Shown: in pieces, positions 1 to 9,456 of the stretch | Numbering within the stretch: position 1 is the stretch's first letter | Layout: each line of letters begins with the position of its first letter | NCBI GenBank assembly: GCA_965116025.1 | Contig: OZ220480.1 | Span: forward strand, 1,951,447 to 2,015,446 | Direction of reading: 5' to 3' | Length of the DNA: 64,000 nt | Origin: an uncultured candidatus Porisulfidus sp. | GTDB taxonomy: Bacteria > Pseudomonadota > Gammaproteobacteria > Poriferisulfidales > Poriferisulfidaceae | Position numbers and translations under genes: made by a program | The notes under the pieces: generated by a model | What the model was told of the DNA's origin: nothing | Database searches by the model: none | The model's input: only the letters and a program-made list of their open reading frames with translations

Positions 1-2
1 GA

Positions 3-1709
3 CTTATCTCTGCCGCAATCAGCCGATGTGCAACCCACTGGTCGTCTGGAACAATGTGGATACAGGACCTCGAAGCTGTAGCAAATATATTTGGCCGACA
101 AGCATTACCTATCGTTTGGGATTTTGCAGAAGCATGCGGTTTCGGCGACGGTGGAGCGACTTTAGATGGACAAGTTAGCTGGATTGCCAAAGTGGCGGGG
201 CAACTTCCCATTCGAAAAGCAGCAAACATACAAGCTTCAGATGCCGCTGACTACCCACTCCCGGATCAAAGCGCAACTATCTGGTTTACGGATCCACCTT
301 ATTACGATGCCGTTCCGTATGCCGACTTATCCGATTTTTTTATGGTTTGGCTAAAGCGCGGTCTGCCCAATCACCCTCTCTTGCGTGACCCCTACGATCC
401 AAACAACCCTCTTACGCCCAAGGACCGTGAAGCAGTACAGGACGAAACAAAGAAAAATGATGGTCGCTCCAAAGATCGTTCATGGTTCGAGGAAACTATG
501 GCGAAAGCGTTCACCGAGGGAAGGCGCGTTCTTACCAAGGATGGTGTTGGTTCTGTCGTATTCGCCCACAAGACCACCGAAGGATGGGAAGCACTGCTCT
601 CGGGCATGATCCAAGGCGGCTGGACCATCACAGGTTCTTGGCCAATTGCGACCGAACGAGCTGCCCGAATGCGTGCCCATGACTCGGCTGCCCTCGCTAC
701 CAGTATCCACCTCATTTGCCGCCCGCGCTCGAGTGATGCTCTAGTCGGTGAATGGGCTGAAGTGCTTCGCGAACTTCCCTTACGGGTTTCCAAATGGATG
801 GATCGACTTCAAGGGGAAGGTGTTCGTGGAGCAGACCTTGTCTTCGCATGTATCGGGCCTGCAATTGAGATTTTCAGTCGCTACCAGACTGTCGAGACCG
901 CGGACGGTCGGAGTGTCGGCCTCCCAGAATATTTAGAGAAAGTCTGGGAAGTCGTAGGGCGTGCAGCACTTGAACAAGTGCTTGGCGTGACTGAAGCTAC
1001 CGCCCGCAGCGGCATGGCTGGCGCGCTGGAGGAAGATGCTCGCTTGACCGCCTTGTTTCTATGGACTCTCCAGAGTACTGAAGAATTTCGAATGGGGAAT
1101 GATCGAGAGGGTTCCGTTGCCAGCCATCCAGCGGTAACCGAAAATGCTACGCCTAAGGAGTTAGATGGAAAAGATGAAGAAGCCGTCACCAAAGCAACAA
1201 TGAAAGGGTTTCACCTTCCCTTTGACGTAGTACGGCGTTTCTCTCAACCCATGGGCATTGATCTCGAACGTTGGACCGGAAGGATTATTAGCCAAGAAAA
1301 AGGCATTGTGTGGTTGCTTCCGATCACGGAACGGGTGAAATCACTCTTCGGAGACGAAGGTTCCGCAAGTGTTGCCGAATGGGTCGATAACCACCCGGCC
1401 GACGATACGCAAGCGGTCCTCTTTCCCGACCTTGATATACCTGCCTCGCCGGGACATCAACCAAGCAGAAATGCACAAGATACCGACCCTATTCTGCAAT
1501 CATCTGATGCCACAATACTTGACCGAATCCACGCTGCCATGTTGTTGCAAGTAGGCGGTTATGCAAATGCCTTGCGGACGTTGATCTTCCAAGAACAGGA
1601 ACGAGGACCAGATTTCTTGCATCTCGCAAACGCGCTTTCCGCGCTCTACCCACGCGGTAGCCGCGAGAAAAGAATCTTGGATGCCATGCTTCTAGCCGTA
1701 CCAAAGTGA
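3..1709 (+). CDS. DUF1156-family N6-adenine DNA methyltransferase, C-terminal part (5' end lies outside window)
   Basis: Reading frame is open from position 3 through the listed ATG at 54. DPPY methylase motif (FTDPPYYDAVPYADLSDFF) is present. Protein resembles the COG1743/DUF1156 methylases that pair with DUF499 ATPases. Lower GC than the rest of the window. Confidence 0.7.
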   Translation, partial: LISAAISRCATHWSSGTMWIQDLEAVANIFGRQALPIVWDFAEACGFGDGGATLDGQVSWIAKVAGQLPIRKAANIQASDAADYPLPDQSATIWFTDPPYYDAVPYADLSDFFMVWLKRGLPNHPLLRDPYDPNNPLTPKDREAVQDETKKNDGRSKDRSWFEETMAKAFTEGRRVLTKDGVGSVVFAHKTTEGWEALLSGMIQGGWTITGSWPIATERAARMRAHDSAALATSIHLICRPRSSDALVGEWAEVLRELPLRVSKWMDRLQGEGVRGADLVFACIGPAIEIFSRYQTVETADGRSVGLPEYLEKVWEVVGRAALEQVLGVTEATARSGMAGALEEDARLTALFLWTLQSTEEFRMGNDREGSVASHPAVTENATPKELDGKDEEAVTKATMKGFHLPFDVVRRFSQPMGIDLERWTGRIISQEKGIVWLLPITERVKSLFGDEGSASVAEWVDNHPADDTQAVLFPDLDIPASPGHQPSRNAQDTDPILQSSDATILDRIHAAMLLQVGGYANALRTLIFQEQERGPDFLHLANALSALYPRGSREKRILDAMLLAVPK

Positions 1710-1846
1710 CATCATGGAATCGAAAGCACGTCCGAAGGACAGAAAATCCTTGAATCTCTCTGGCTGGCAAGTCTTCCCTCGAACTAGCCATTTTCCGCTA
1801 CAGGTTTTACAATCTCACTCACGTTTTGAAACGCAAGGAGAACAAC

Positions 1847-2104
1847 ATGACGGAAGAAACCGAACTGCTGAGGCGAATCACTGTCCGGCCCGATATCTTT
1901 GGCGGCAAGCCGATCATACGCAATATGCGAATCGCGGTGGAACATGTCTTGGCCAATCTAGCGGCAGGAGAAACGGTTGAGGACCTGCTAGAAAACTATC
2001 CATTCCTTGAGCAGGAAGATATCCAAGCATGCTTGCTCTTCGCTCACCGCTCATTAGCTGGAGAACATGTACATGACCGCATCATCGATCAAAGAACTTC
2101 GTGA
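1847..2104 (+). CDS. DUF433-domain protein, antitoxin-like partner of DUF5615
   Basis: Sequence ...RPDIFGGKPIIRNMRIAVEHVLANLAAGETVEDLLENYPFLEQEDIQACLLF is typical of DUF433. An AAGGAG SD lies just upstream of the second in-frame ATG, so the start is placed at 1847 rather than 1826. Stop overlaps the start of the next gene (ATGA). Confidence 0.8.
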   Translation: MTEETELLRRITVRPDIFGGKPIIRNMRIAVEHVLANLAAGETVEDLLENYPFLEQEDIQACLLFAHRSLAGEHVHDRIIDQRTS

Positions 2105-2478
2105 AATTTCTCCTCGATATTTGCGCCACATCGCAAGTACTACGTTCATGCTTGGTAGAACTTGGGCATGATGTCTTATCCGCACGAGACTGTTTTTCCC
2201 ATGCATCAGACGAAGCGTTACTGGAATTCGCCTGCAGGGAAAGTCATGTGCTCATTACCGAGGACAAGGATTTCGGTGAGCTTGTCTTTCTGCATGGCTT
2301 GCCTCATCCATCTATTGTGCGGCTTGTCGGGATGACTCCGACAGAAAGGGCGGATGCTATGCGAAATCTGATTGAGTGCCATGCGGATGCCATACGCAAG
2401 AGCTCAATAATCGTGGTGACCAGAAAATGCGTGCGGATACGGTCGGCAAGAAACCTTGGGAGCGTCAACAATGGCTAG
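2101..2478 (+). CDS. DUF5615-domain protein, PIN-like toxin partner of DUF433
   Basis: MKFLLDICATSQVLRSCLVELGHDVLSARD...ITEDKDFGELVF matches the DUF5615 family consensus (MKFLLDENL...DKDFGELV). Translationally coupled to the upstream DUF433 gene. Confidence 0.8.
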   Translation: MKFLLDICATSQVLRSCLVELGHDVLSARDCFSHASDEALLEFACRESHVLITEDKDFGELVFLHGLPHPSIVRLVGMTPTERADAMRNLIECHADAIRKSSIIVVTRKCVRIRSARNLGSVNNG

Positions 2479-5239
2479 GAGCCCTTGGTACAAAGTCGTT
2501 ACGCCGCGATCAGAAGTGCGGGAAGGTCGCTCATTCAGCCCAGACGAGTTCGCGATTGCCCTTGAGCAGGTGGTCGCGGGAACCGCCCCCTTGGATTACC
2601 GTGACCCTGCGCAATTCTTCTCGCGAACATGTTTTACTCGCGCCTTCAAGGAACATGCTGGTATGGTGCTTCGCCGTCTTGCAGGCGAGACGCAAAACAC
2701 GTCCCCGGTGCTTACCCTCGTTACCCAGTTTGGCGGAGGAAAGACCCACACGCTCACTGCGCTCCACCATCTCGCCAATGCCGGCTCACGGGCCAAAAGC
2801 CTGCCCGGCGTATCTGATCTCCTGGCTGAAGCGGGAATCTCCAAGCCACCTGATGCGCGAGTTGGTGTCTTCGTAGGTAATGCGTGGGACCCCACCGAAG
2901 GGCGTGAAACACCATGGATTGACCTAGCCTACCAAATAGCTGGTAACAGAGGTGTCGCCGCGCTTGGATCGACCGCAAAAACAACTCCACCTGGAACCGA
3001 GTCGCTCGCCCGGGTCTTCGCTGCCGTGGATGCTCCCGTACTGCTGCTGTTTGACGAGGTTCTGAACTTCGTTAACCGGCATCGGGACAAGGCTGAAAGC
3101 TTCCATGCCTTCATACAGAACCTGGCGGTCGCCGTCACCGGAACCACTGAGACGGTCACCGTCATAAGCCTGCCACGAAGTCAGGTGGAGATGACCGATT
3201 GGGATCAGCAATGGCAAGATCGGATCACAAAAGTAGTGAGGCGCGTCGCGCGTGACCTCATCGCCAACGATGAAGCCGAAATTGGCGATGTCGTTCGCCG
3301 GCGCCTGTTTGAGAACCTCGGCGATGAGAAAATTCGAAAACAAGTCTCAAAAATCTATGCTGATTGGTGTTTTGAACGAACTGCTCGGCTTCCCTCTGAA
3401 TGGATGGCGACCGACAGTGCCCCGCCGGAAACCAAAGCGCGGGAGTTTCTGATGGGCCGTTTCGAAGCTTGCTATCCTTTCCATCCCTCGACTCTCTCAG
3501 TTTTCCGAAGAAAATGGAGTGCGCTCGCGCAATTCCAGCAAACCCGTGGTACGCTTGCGATGCTTGCCCAATGGGTATCTTGGGCCGCACGCCAACAATT
3601 TCAGCAAGCCCGAACGGAACAGCTGATCACGCTCGGGTCGGCACCACTGCATGTGCCCGAGTTTCGCGCTGTCGTGCTTGGGCAACTAGGTGAGCAACGG
3701 TTGGATGTGGCCATAGCCGCCGACCTAGCGAGTCCCACGGCGCATGCCCGAGCTCTAGATATCGATACTCGGGGACCAATCAGGGACATACATCAGCGGG
3801 TGGGAGCGGCCATTCTCTTCGAGTCTTCTGGAGGACAAGTAGACAAAGTGGCTCACTTGCCCGAACTGCGTTTCGCCCTTGGTGAACCCGAAATCGAAAC
3901 CACAACCATTGATAACGCTGCGGGGGCATTAGAAGCATCAGGGTTCTTCATCCGCAAAGTCGGAACGGATGGTTTCCGCATCCACCATCAAGCGACCTTG
4001 AAAAAAGTTGTTAACGACCGTCGTGCCACGCTTGACGAAGAAACAGAAATTCGGCCTGTAATTCGTAAATTAGTGGAAGAGGAATTCACCCGAGGTGCCA
4101 ATCTTCCGGTTATACCCTTCCCTGATGACGGCGCAACTATCCAAGATGCGCCACGTCTGATACTGGTCCTCGTCGACCCAGAAGCGGAATGGGAACTCGG
4201 TGGGAAAACAGCAAAAAAAATCGAACGATGGACCAAAGAGAGAGGAACTTCGCCAAGGCTGCATCCTGCGTCCTTGGTCTGGTGTGCCAAAAAACCAGGG
4301 CGGGAACTCAAGAATCGCGTCGAGATGTGGCTTGCTTGGCGACGAGTCTCTTTGGATGTCGCGGAAGGTGTGCTCGGGACGGAATTTGGTCGCGCTGATC
4401 AAAACGAATTGCAGTCCAAAGTCAGAGATGCCGAAAATGCCGCGAGAGACGAAGTATGGGCCAGCTATCGATTCGTCGCTCTCGCCGATGCCAGAGCCGA
4501 ATCCGGACTTAAAATGATTGATCTTGGAGCCGGGCATAGTAGCGCGAGTGAAACACTCTGCGGAAGGGTGTTAACCGCGCTCAAGACCGAAGCCCTGCTA
4601 AGTGAAACCATCGGTGCTGGTTACCTCGACCGGCATTGGCCACCAGCATTCAAGGAGACCGGCGCTTGGCCACTAACCAGCCTGCGGCAAAGCTTTCTCA
4701 ACGGCTCCCTGACTCGGCTCATTGATCCCGATACCGCCCTGCGGCAAAAGATCGTTGAATTCGTCGAGAAAGGAGATTTTGGGCTCGCTTCGGGAACACT
4801 GGCAAGCAGCCAATACGAACATCTATGGTACATGGAGCCAGTCGAGGCTGAGGAGGTCGCTTTCGAGAAAAATGTCTTCCTGTTAACCAAAGCACGAAGC
4901 GAGGAATTGCGAATGCCAGTAGCACCAGAGCCAAAGCCATATTCTGTAACGCCACCACCGTCCACACCTGATCCTGGCAGCGTGGATGAATTCGAATCAG
5001 AGACTAACATGTCTGATGAGCCTGTTCAATTACGTGTGCATGGAACCATACCCCCAGAACTGTGGAATCGCCTCGGCACAACGGTCATTCCAAAACTCCG
5101 CTCCGGTGATGAGCTGAAAACGCAAGTAGAAGTCAGCGTCAAAGTTGCCGCGCCCATGGCGGCAGCCTTACAGACGGATATCCAGCAAACCCTGACCGAG
5201 TTAAATCTTGATGGCCAAGTAAGTGTTGAGTGCTCTTGA
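2456..5239 (+). CDS. DUF499-family P-loop ATPase, BrxC/PglY-like defence ATPase
   Basis: 927-aa ORF with Walker A TQFGGGKTHTL. Large ATPase adjacent to the DUF1156 methylase, a conserved defence-island pairing (COG1483/COG1743). Lower-GC region. Confidence 0.75.
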   Translation: MGASTMARSPWYKVVTPRSEVREGRSFSPDEFAIALEQVVAGTAPLDYRDPAQFFSRTCFTRAFKEHAGMVLRRLAGETQNTSPVLTLVTQFGGGKTHTLTALHHLANAGSRAKSLPGVSDLLAEAGISKPPDARVGVFVGNAWDPTEGRETPWIDLAYQIAGNRGVAALGSTAKTTPPGTESLARVFAAVDAPVLLLFDEVLNFVNRHRDKAESFHAFIQNLAVAVTGTTETVTVISLPRSQVEMTDWDQQWQDRITKVVRRVARDLIANDEAEIGDVVRRRLFENLGDEKIRKQVSKIYADWCFERTARLPSEWMATDSAPPETKAREFLMGRFEACYPFHPSTLSVFRRKWSALAQFQQTRGTLAMLAQWVSWAARQQFQQARTEQLITLGSAPLHVPEFRAVVLGQLGEQRLDVAIAADLASPTAHARALDIDTRGPIRDIHQRVGAAILFESSGGQVDKVAHLPELRFALGEPEIETTTIDNAAGALEASGFFIRKVGTDGFRIHHQATLKKVVNDRRATLDEETEIRPVIRKLVEEEFTRGANLPVIPFPDDGATIQDAPRLILVLVDPEAEWELGGKTAKKIERWTKERGTSPRLHPASLVWCAKKPGRELKNRVEMWLAWRRVSLDVAEGVLGTEFGRADQNELQSKVRDAENAARDEVWASYRFVALADARAESGLKMIDLGAGHSSASETLCGRVLTALKTEALLSETIGAGYLDRHWPPAFKETGAWPLTSLRQSFLNGSLTRLIDPDTALRQKIVEFVEKGDFGLASGTLASSQYEHLWYMEPVEAEEVAFEKNVFLLTKARSEELRMPVAPEPKPYSVTPPPSTPDPGSVDEFESETNMSDEPVQLRVHGTIPPELWNRLGTTVIPKLRSGDELKTQVEVSVKVAAPMAAALQTDIQQTLTELNLDGQVSVECS

Positions 5240-5740
5240 TCCAAGTAGATCACATAGGAAAAGGCTTTGAGCCAATCAACTCCCTTGAAGCCAATCAGCC
5301 ATCAACGTCGTGGGAACGAGTCTGCGTATTGCCAACCATATCGATGAACTGGCTGAGGCCGTCGTTCCCTGCCAATTTTCCTTCTCGTAGAGAATCGCGT
5401 CAAGCCTCGTATTTTCCACTCCGCACCCGCATCTCTCGGCACGTACCGGGCCGCCAGATCAGCAAAGGTCTGCGCCATCCGACCAACCCTCGCCCGATGA
5501 CTGCCGGGCTAACAATCAATATCGCAATCGTCGCCGCCGAAGAGCCAAGCGAGACCGAAAACAATAGCGAGAAATTTCCACATAGCGAAAGCGTTTATCC
5601 AAATAGCCGAATCAGAAGCAATCACTTCGCGAAGCGCGCCTCGTCTCCCAATGCCAGACCGTTTTTGGGCCTAACGCACTTGCATTTTACCAAACGCTCA
5701 TAATCCTTGTCGCGGCCAGCCTACCGCCAAGGAAAGAAAC

Positions 5741-5974
5741 ATGACGGAAACCGAACTTCTGAGCCACGTCACCTCGCGGCCCGATATTTTCGGCGGCAAG
5801 CCGATCATACGCGGCATGCGAATCGCGGTGGAGCATGTCTTGGCCAATCTGGCGGCGGGAGAGACGGCCAAGGATTTGCTGAAAGACTATCCATTCCTTG
5901 AGGCGGAAGATATCCAGGCATGCTTGCTCTTCGCCCAGCGCTCGCCGGCGCCCTCTCATCGCGCGAAGACCTGA
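5741..5974 (+). CDS. DUF433-domain protein, second copy, orphan (no DUF5615 partner)
   Basis: Protein is ~85% identical to the 1847..2104 product (MTETELLSHVTSRPDIFGGKPIIRGMRIAVEHVLANLAAGE...). Nucleotide direct repeat with 1846-2045. Its C-terminus diverges where the GC content rises. Confidence 0.65.
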   Translation: MTETELLSHVTSRPDIFGGKPIIRGMRIAVEHVLANLAAGETAKDLLKDYPFLEAEDIQACLLFAQRSPAPSHRAKT

Positions 5975-6378
5975 TCTGGATCGCGGAACGCCTTGAACTC
6001 CAGCATGTTGCCAGACGGGTCGCGCGCGAACGCGGTCGCCTGCTCCCCAGTCTCTCCCTGAAAGCGGACGGTCGGCTCCAACTCGAAGGCCACGCCGCAG
6101 GCGCGCATGCGATCCACCAGCTCCTCCCACCGCTCCCATTCCAGAATCAGCCCGAAATGGGGCACGGCGATCTCCTCCCCATCGACCGAATTACGGATCT
6201 CATCCCGGGCCGCGTCACGCCGATGCGCCGTGATCTGGTGTCCCATCAAGTCGAAATCGATCCACGTCTCGGACGACCGTCCGATGCGACACTGCAGCAC
6301 CCCGGCGTAAAAGGCTTCCGCCGAGGACAGATCATCGACCGCGATCGCCAGATGAAACCGCGGATGTCCCGCGCTCAT
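5956..6378 (-). CDS. VOC family protein (glyoxalase/bleomycin resistance/dioxygenase fold)
   Basis: 140-aa ORF with VOC-like sequence (HLAIAVDDLSSAEAFYAGVL...). Start overlaps the tsaB stop (ATGA-type coupling). Confidence 0.7.
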   Translation of the reverse strand: MSAGHPRFHLAIAVDDLSSAEAFYAGVLQCRIGRSSETWIDFDLMGHQITAHRRDAARDEIRNSVDGEEIAVPHFGLILEWERWEELVDRMRACGVAFELEPTVRFQGETGEQATAFARDPSGNMLEFKAFRDPDQVFAR

Positions 6379-7040
6379 CCGCGCACCGGATGCCGCAGGT
6401 AGGCCGGCTGGGCCTCTCCGAAACTCGCCGTCCGCCCCGCCTGAAAATCCCGCGACGCGAGATCCAGGACCGAACGCGCGTCAGGTCGCATTCCGGGCGC
6501 GACGGCCCGTCCCGCTTTGGCGATCTCGCGCATGCCGGGCAGGTCCCAGCCGGACCCCGCGCCCAGCCAGCCTCCAGGCAACGAGGACAGTCGCGCGCGA
6601 AGTTCGGATGGCGGCGACAGCGATTCCGGATGCAGCTCTGAAATCTCGTCGTCGTCCACCTCGAACATCGCCCAGTAAACCTCGTCCAAACGCGCGTCCA
6701 CCGCCACCAGCGCCGGCGAGATCCGGCGATCGCGCCATGCTCCTTGGGCCAACGCCGCCAGCGAGGACACCGGCAGCAGAGGAAGGCCACGGGCGACCGC
6801 CATCCCCTGCGCCAGCGCGGTGGCGACGCGCACGCCGGTGAACGTCCCCGGGCCACGACCGAACGCCACCGCGTCCAGATCCTCCGCCGTCGCGTCCGCC
6901 TCGCGGAGCAACTCGTCCACCTGTCCCAAGATATGCCGGGTATGCTCCCGCGGCGTGATCCGGTCGCGCGCAACGACGCTCCCGCGCGCGGCCAAGGCCA
7001 CCGAGCACAACTCGGTGGACGTCTCCAACGCCAGCGTCAC
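6375..7040 (-). CDS. tsaB: tRNA threonylcarbamoyladenosine biosynthesis protein TsaB
   Basis: LALETSTELCSVAL...GPGTFTGVRV motif set of TsaB/YeaZ. The six-frame ORF extends to 7148, but the in-frame GTG at 7040 gives the canonical N-terminus (MTLALETSTE) and abuts the dinG stop. Confidence 0.8.
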   Translation of the reverse strand: MTLALETSTELCSVALAARGSVVARDRITPREHTRHILGQVDELLREADATAEDLDAVAFGRGPGTFTGVRVATALAQGMAVARGLPLLPVSSLAALAQGAWRDRRISPALVAVDARLDEVYWAMFEVDDDEISELHPESLSPPSELRARLSSLPGGWLGAGSGWDLPGMREIAKAGRAVAPGMRPDARSVLDLASRDFQAGRTASFGEAQPAYLRHPVRG

Positions 7041-7051
7041 CAGGCCGTCGC

Positions 7052-8977
7052 TCACGCGACCCGCTCCCGCAAAAACGCCAGCGTCTGGTCCAGATCGGAA
7101 CTGACCGGCATGTCCGGCAGACTGGCCCGGAGCTGGCGACCGTACCATTTGCTTCGCAGACGCGGGTCGGCGATCACGGCCACGCCCTGATCCGTCACGC
7201 TACGGATCAGCCGGCCCACGCCTTGCTGCAGCATCAGCGCGGCCCGCGGCAGCTGCAACTGGCGGAACGGGTCGCCACCCGCCGCGCGAACCGCGTTCTC
7301 GCGGGCCCGGTAGAGCAGGTCCGTGTGCGAGGTGAACGGAATCTTGTCGATGATCACGCAACTGAGCGCCGGGCCGCGGATGTCCACGCCCTCCCAGAAT
7401 CCGATCGATCCGAGCAGCACCGCGTCCGAGCGCTCCGCGAAACGCTCCAGCAGCTTCCGCCGCGGCGCCTCACCTTGCCGGAGCAGCGCGCAGTCGATTC
7501 GCCCTTCCAACCACCGTCCGGCCTCCTCAAGCGCGCGCAGACTAGTGAACAGCAAGAACGTCCGGCCGCGCAATTGCTCGATCAACGGGAGCACGCTCTC
7601 GAGCATGGCCTCGTTGTAACCAGGTTCGCGCGGGTCCGGCAGATCTGGAGGAAGGTACAGCCGCGTCCGCTCCCGGAAATCGAATGGACTGTCGAGCCGC
7701 AAGGTCTCGGTGTTCTCGTCCAGGCCCAGCTTGCGCAGGAAGTAGTCGAAGTCTCCCCCGACCGACAGGGTCGCGGAGGTGAGCACCCAGCGCGGCGCGT
7801 ACCGCGCCCGCGCCTGCGCGAACATGTCGCTGATGTCGACCGGCGTCTGGTGCAAGGAGAATCCCTGCCGGGTGAGCGTCAAGTATTCGCAGCAGTCCGC
7901 CTCTCCGCTCGGCCATCCGTCCAGGTCCTCCACCGCTCGCGCGCAACGCTCGGCGAGCTTCTCCATTTCCGGGTCGTCCGCGCTTCGGCTTTCGAGCTCT
8001 TCGCGCAAGGCTTTCAGTTCCGTCAGCAACGGCTTCGCCCATTCGGGAAAGTCCGGCGGCGGCGGAACGCGCTCGCCCAGCGCCTCGCCGCTCAGCCGGG
8101 CGCGGGTCCGGTCGATCACCTGCCGCGTGGCGCGCCGCGTGGCGCGCGCGCCCGAGACCAGCGCCGGGCCCTCCTCCGGCGCACGACGACCCGCCGCCTC
8201 CACGTCGCGGCACAATTGCTGGATCTTGGCGGTGCCCAACTGGTGGCTCCAGAAGACTTCCAGCGCCTCAGCCAGCCGATGCGCCTCATCGAACACCAGC
8301 ACGTCGAACTCCGGCAGCAGCTCGCCGAGCGAGTCCTCGCGCAACGCGAGGTCCGCCGCGAACAGGTGGTGGTTGGCCACCACCAGATCGGCCCGCCTCG
8401 CCCGCTCGCGGGCCCGAACCACGAAGCAGTCCTCGTAGTCTGGACACTTCTTCCCGAGGCAGTTCTCCAGCGTCGACGTGATGGCCGGGACGATCTCGTC
8501 GTCTTCCGGCAGGTCCATTTCCGCGAGATCGCCGTCGCGAGTCGTCTCCGTCCAGTTCCGCAGCGCTCGCGTTCGCTCGTCCTCGCCGCGTCCCAAAGTT
8601 CCGTCCACGTGAATTCGGTAGCGATGAAGGCACAGATAGTTGGCGCGACCTTTCAACAAGCATACCCTGGGGGCGGCGCCGTCGGCCGCCCGAAGCGCGA
8701 CCGGAAGATCCTTCTGAAACAACTGGTCTTGCAGGTGGCGGGTGCCCGTGGCGATCAAGGTCTTGCGCCCGAACGCCAGCGCGGGCATCAGATAGGCGAG
8801 CGTCTTGCCGACCCCGGTGCCGGCCTCCACGGCCAGCGCGCGCTCCCTGCGCATCGCTCCCCACACGGCCATGGCCATATCCTCCTGCTGCGCGCGCGGA
8901 TGGTAGTCGAGAATCTCCCGAGCCATCCGCCCATCCTCGCCGAAGCAAGCCTCCGCGTCGAACTCCCGCGTCGACAC
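7052..8977 (-). CDS. dinG: ATP-dependent DNA helicase DinG/YoaA family
   Basis: 641-aa ORF with helicase motifs (VEAGTGVGKTLAYL, DEAH-like VLVFDEAHRL) and a C-terminal helicase domain. Confidence 0.85.
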   Translation of the reverse strand: MSTREFDAEACFGEDGRMAREILDYHPRAQQEDMAMAVWGAMRRERALAVEAGTGVGKTLAYLMPALAFGRKTLIATGTRHLQDQLFQKDLPVALRAADGAAPRVCLLKGRANYLCLHRYRIHVDGTLGRGEDERTRALRNWTETTRDGDLAEMDLPEDDEIVPAITSTLENCLGKKCPDYEDCFVVRARERARRADLVVANHHLFAADLALREDSLGELLPEFDVLVFDEAHRLAEALEVFWSHQLGTAKIQQLCRDVEAAGRRAPEEGPALVSGARATRRATRQVIDRTRARLSGEALGERVPPPPDFPEWAKPLLTELKALREELESRSADDPEMEKLAERCARAVEDLDGWPSGEADCCEYLTLTRQGFSLHQTPVDISDMFAQARARYAPRWVLTSATLSVGGDFDYFLRKLGLDENTETLRLDSPFDFRERTRLYLPPDLPDPREPGYNEAMLESVLPLIEQLRGRTFLLFTSLRALEEAGRWLEGRIDCALLRQGEAPRRKLLERFAERSDAVLLGSIGFWEGVDIRGPALSCVIIDKIPFTSHTDLLYRARENAVRAAGGDPFRQLQLPRAALMLQQGVGRLIRSVTDQGVAVIADPRLRSKWYGRQLRASLPDMPVSSDLDQTLAFLRERVA

Positions 8978-8979
8978 GG

Positions 8980-9456
8980 TCAGTCGATGTCCTCGAGCAA
9001 CGCCACGGCATGCGCGGCGACGCCCTCGCCCCGACCCAGCGCGCCGAGGCCCTCATGCGTAGTCGCCTTGAGGTTGACCCGCTCCTCGTCGATCCGCAAC
9101 AGACGCGCCAAGGACCGGAGCATGGTCTCGCGGTGCGGAGCGAGACGCGGAGCCTGCGCGATCACCGTGACGTCGACGTTGGAGACGCGCAACCCGCGCG
9201 CGTGGATCTTCCGCAACACGTCGCGCAGCAAGTCGCCGCTGGCGGCATCGCGGTAGCGGGGATCGTGGTCTGGAAAGTGCTGGCCGATATCGCCAAGTCC
9301 AGCCGCCCCCAGCAAAGCGTCCATCAGCGCATGCAGCGCCACGTCGCCATCGGAGTGCGCCACCACCGCGCGGTCGTGCGCGACGCGCTCGCCACAGATC
9401 CAGAGACCGTCTCCGGCAGTCAGGGCATGAACGTCATAGCCGTGTCCAATACGCAT
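8980..9456 (-). CDS. ispF: 2-C-methyl-D-erythritol 2,4-cyclodiphosphate synthase
   Basis: MRIGHGYDVHAL...HSDGDVALHAL...DIG is the IspF signature. Confidence 0.9.
   Translation of the reverse strand: MRIGHGYDVHALTAGDGLWICGERVAHDRAVVAHSDGDVALHALMDALLGAAGLGDIGQHFPDHDPRYRDAASGDLLRDVLRKIHARGLRVSNVDVTVIAQAPRLAPHRETMLRSLARLLRIDEERVNLKATTHEGLGALGRGEGVAAHAVALLEDID

Noticed and set aside
5230-5703. 157-aa plus-strand ORF in the post-ATPase spacer
   Set aside because: S/R/P-rich, no homology signal, sits in a low-complexity non-coding spacer. A 24-aa hydrophobic minus-strand ORF (MWKFLAIVFGLAWLFGGDDCDIDC) is also too short and unsupported to call.
7223-9256. 677-aa plus-strand ORF
   Set aside because: Antisense to dinG and ispF. 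Extremely R/A/P-rich low-complexity translation. High-GC artefact.
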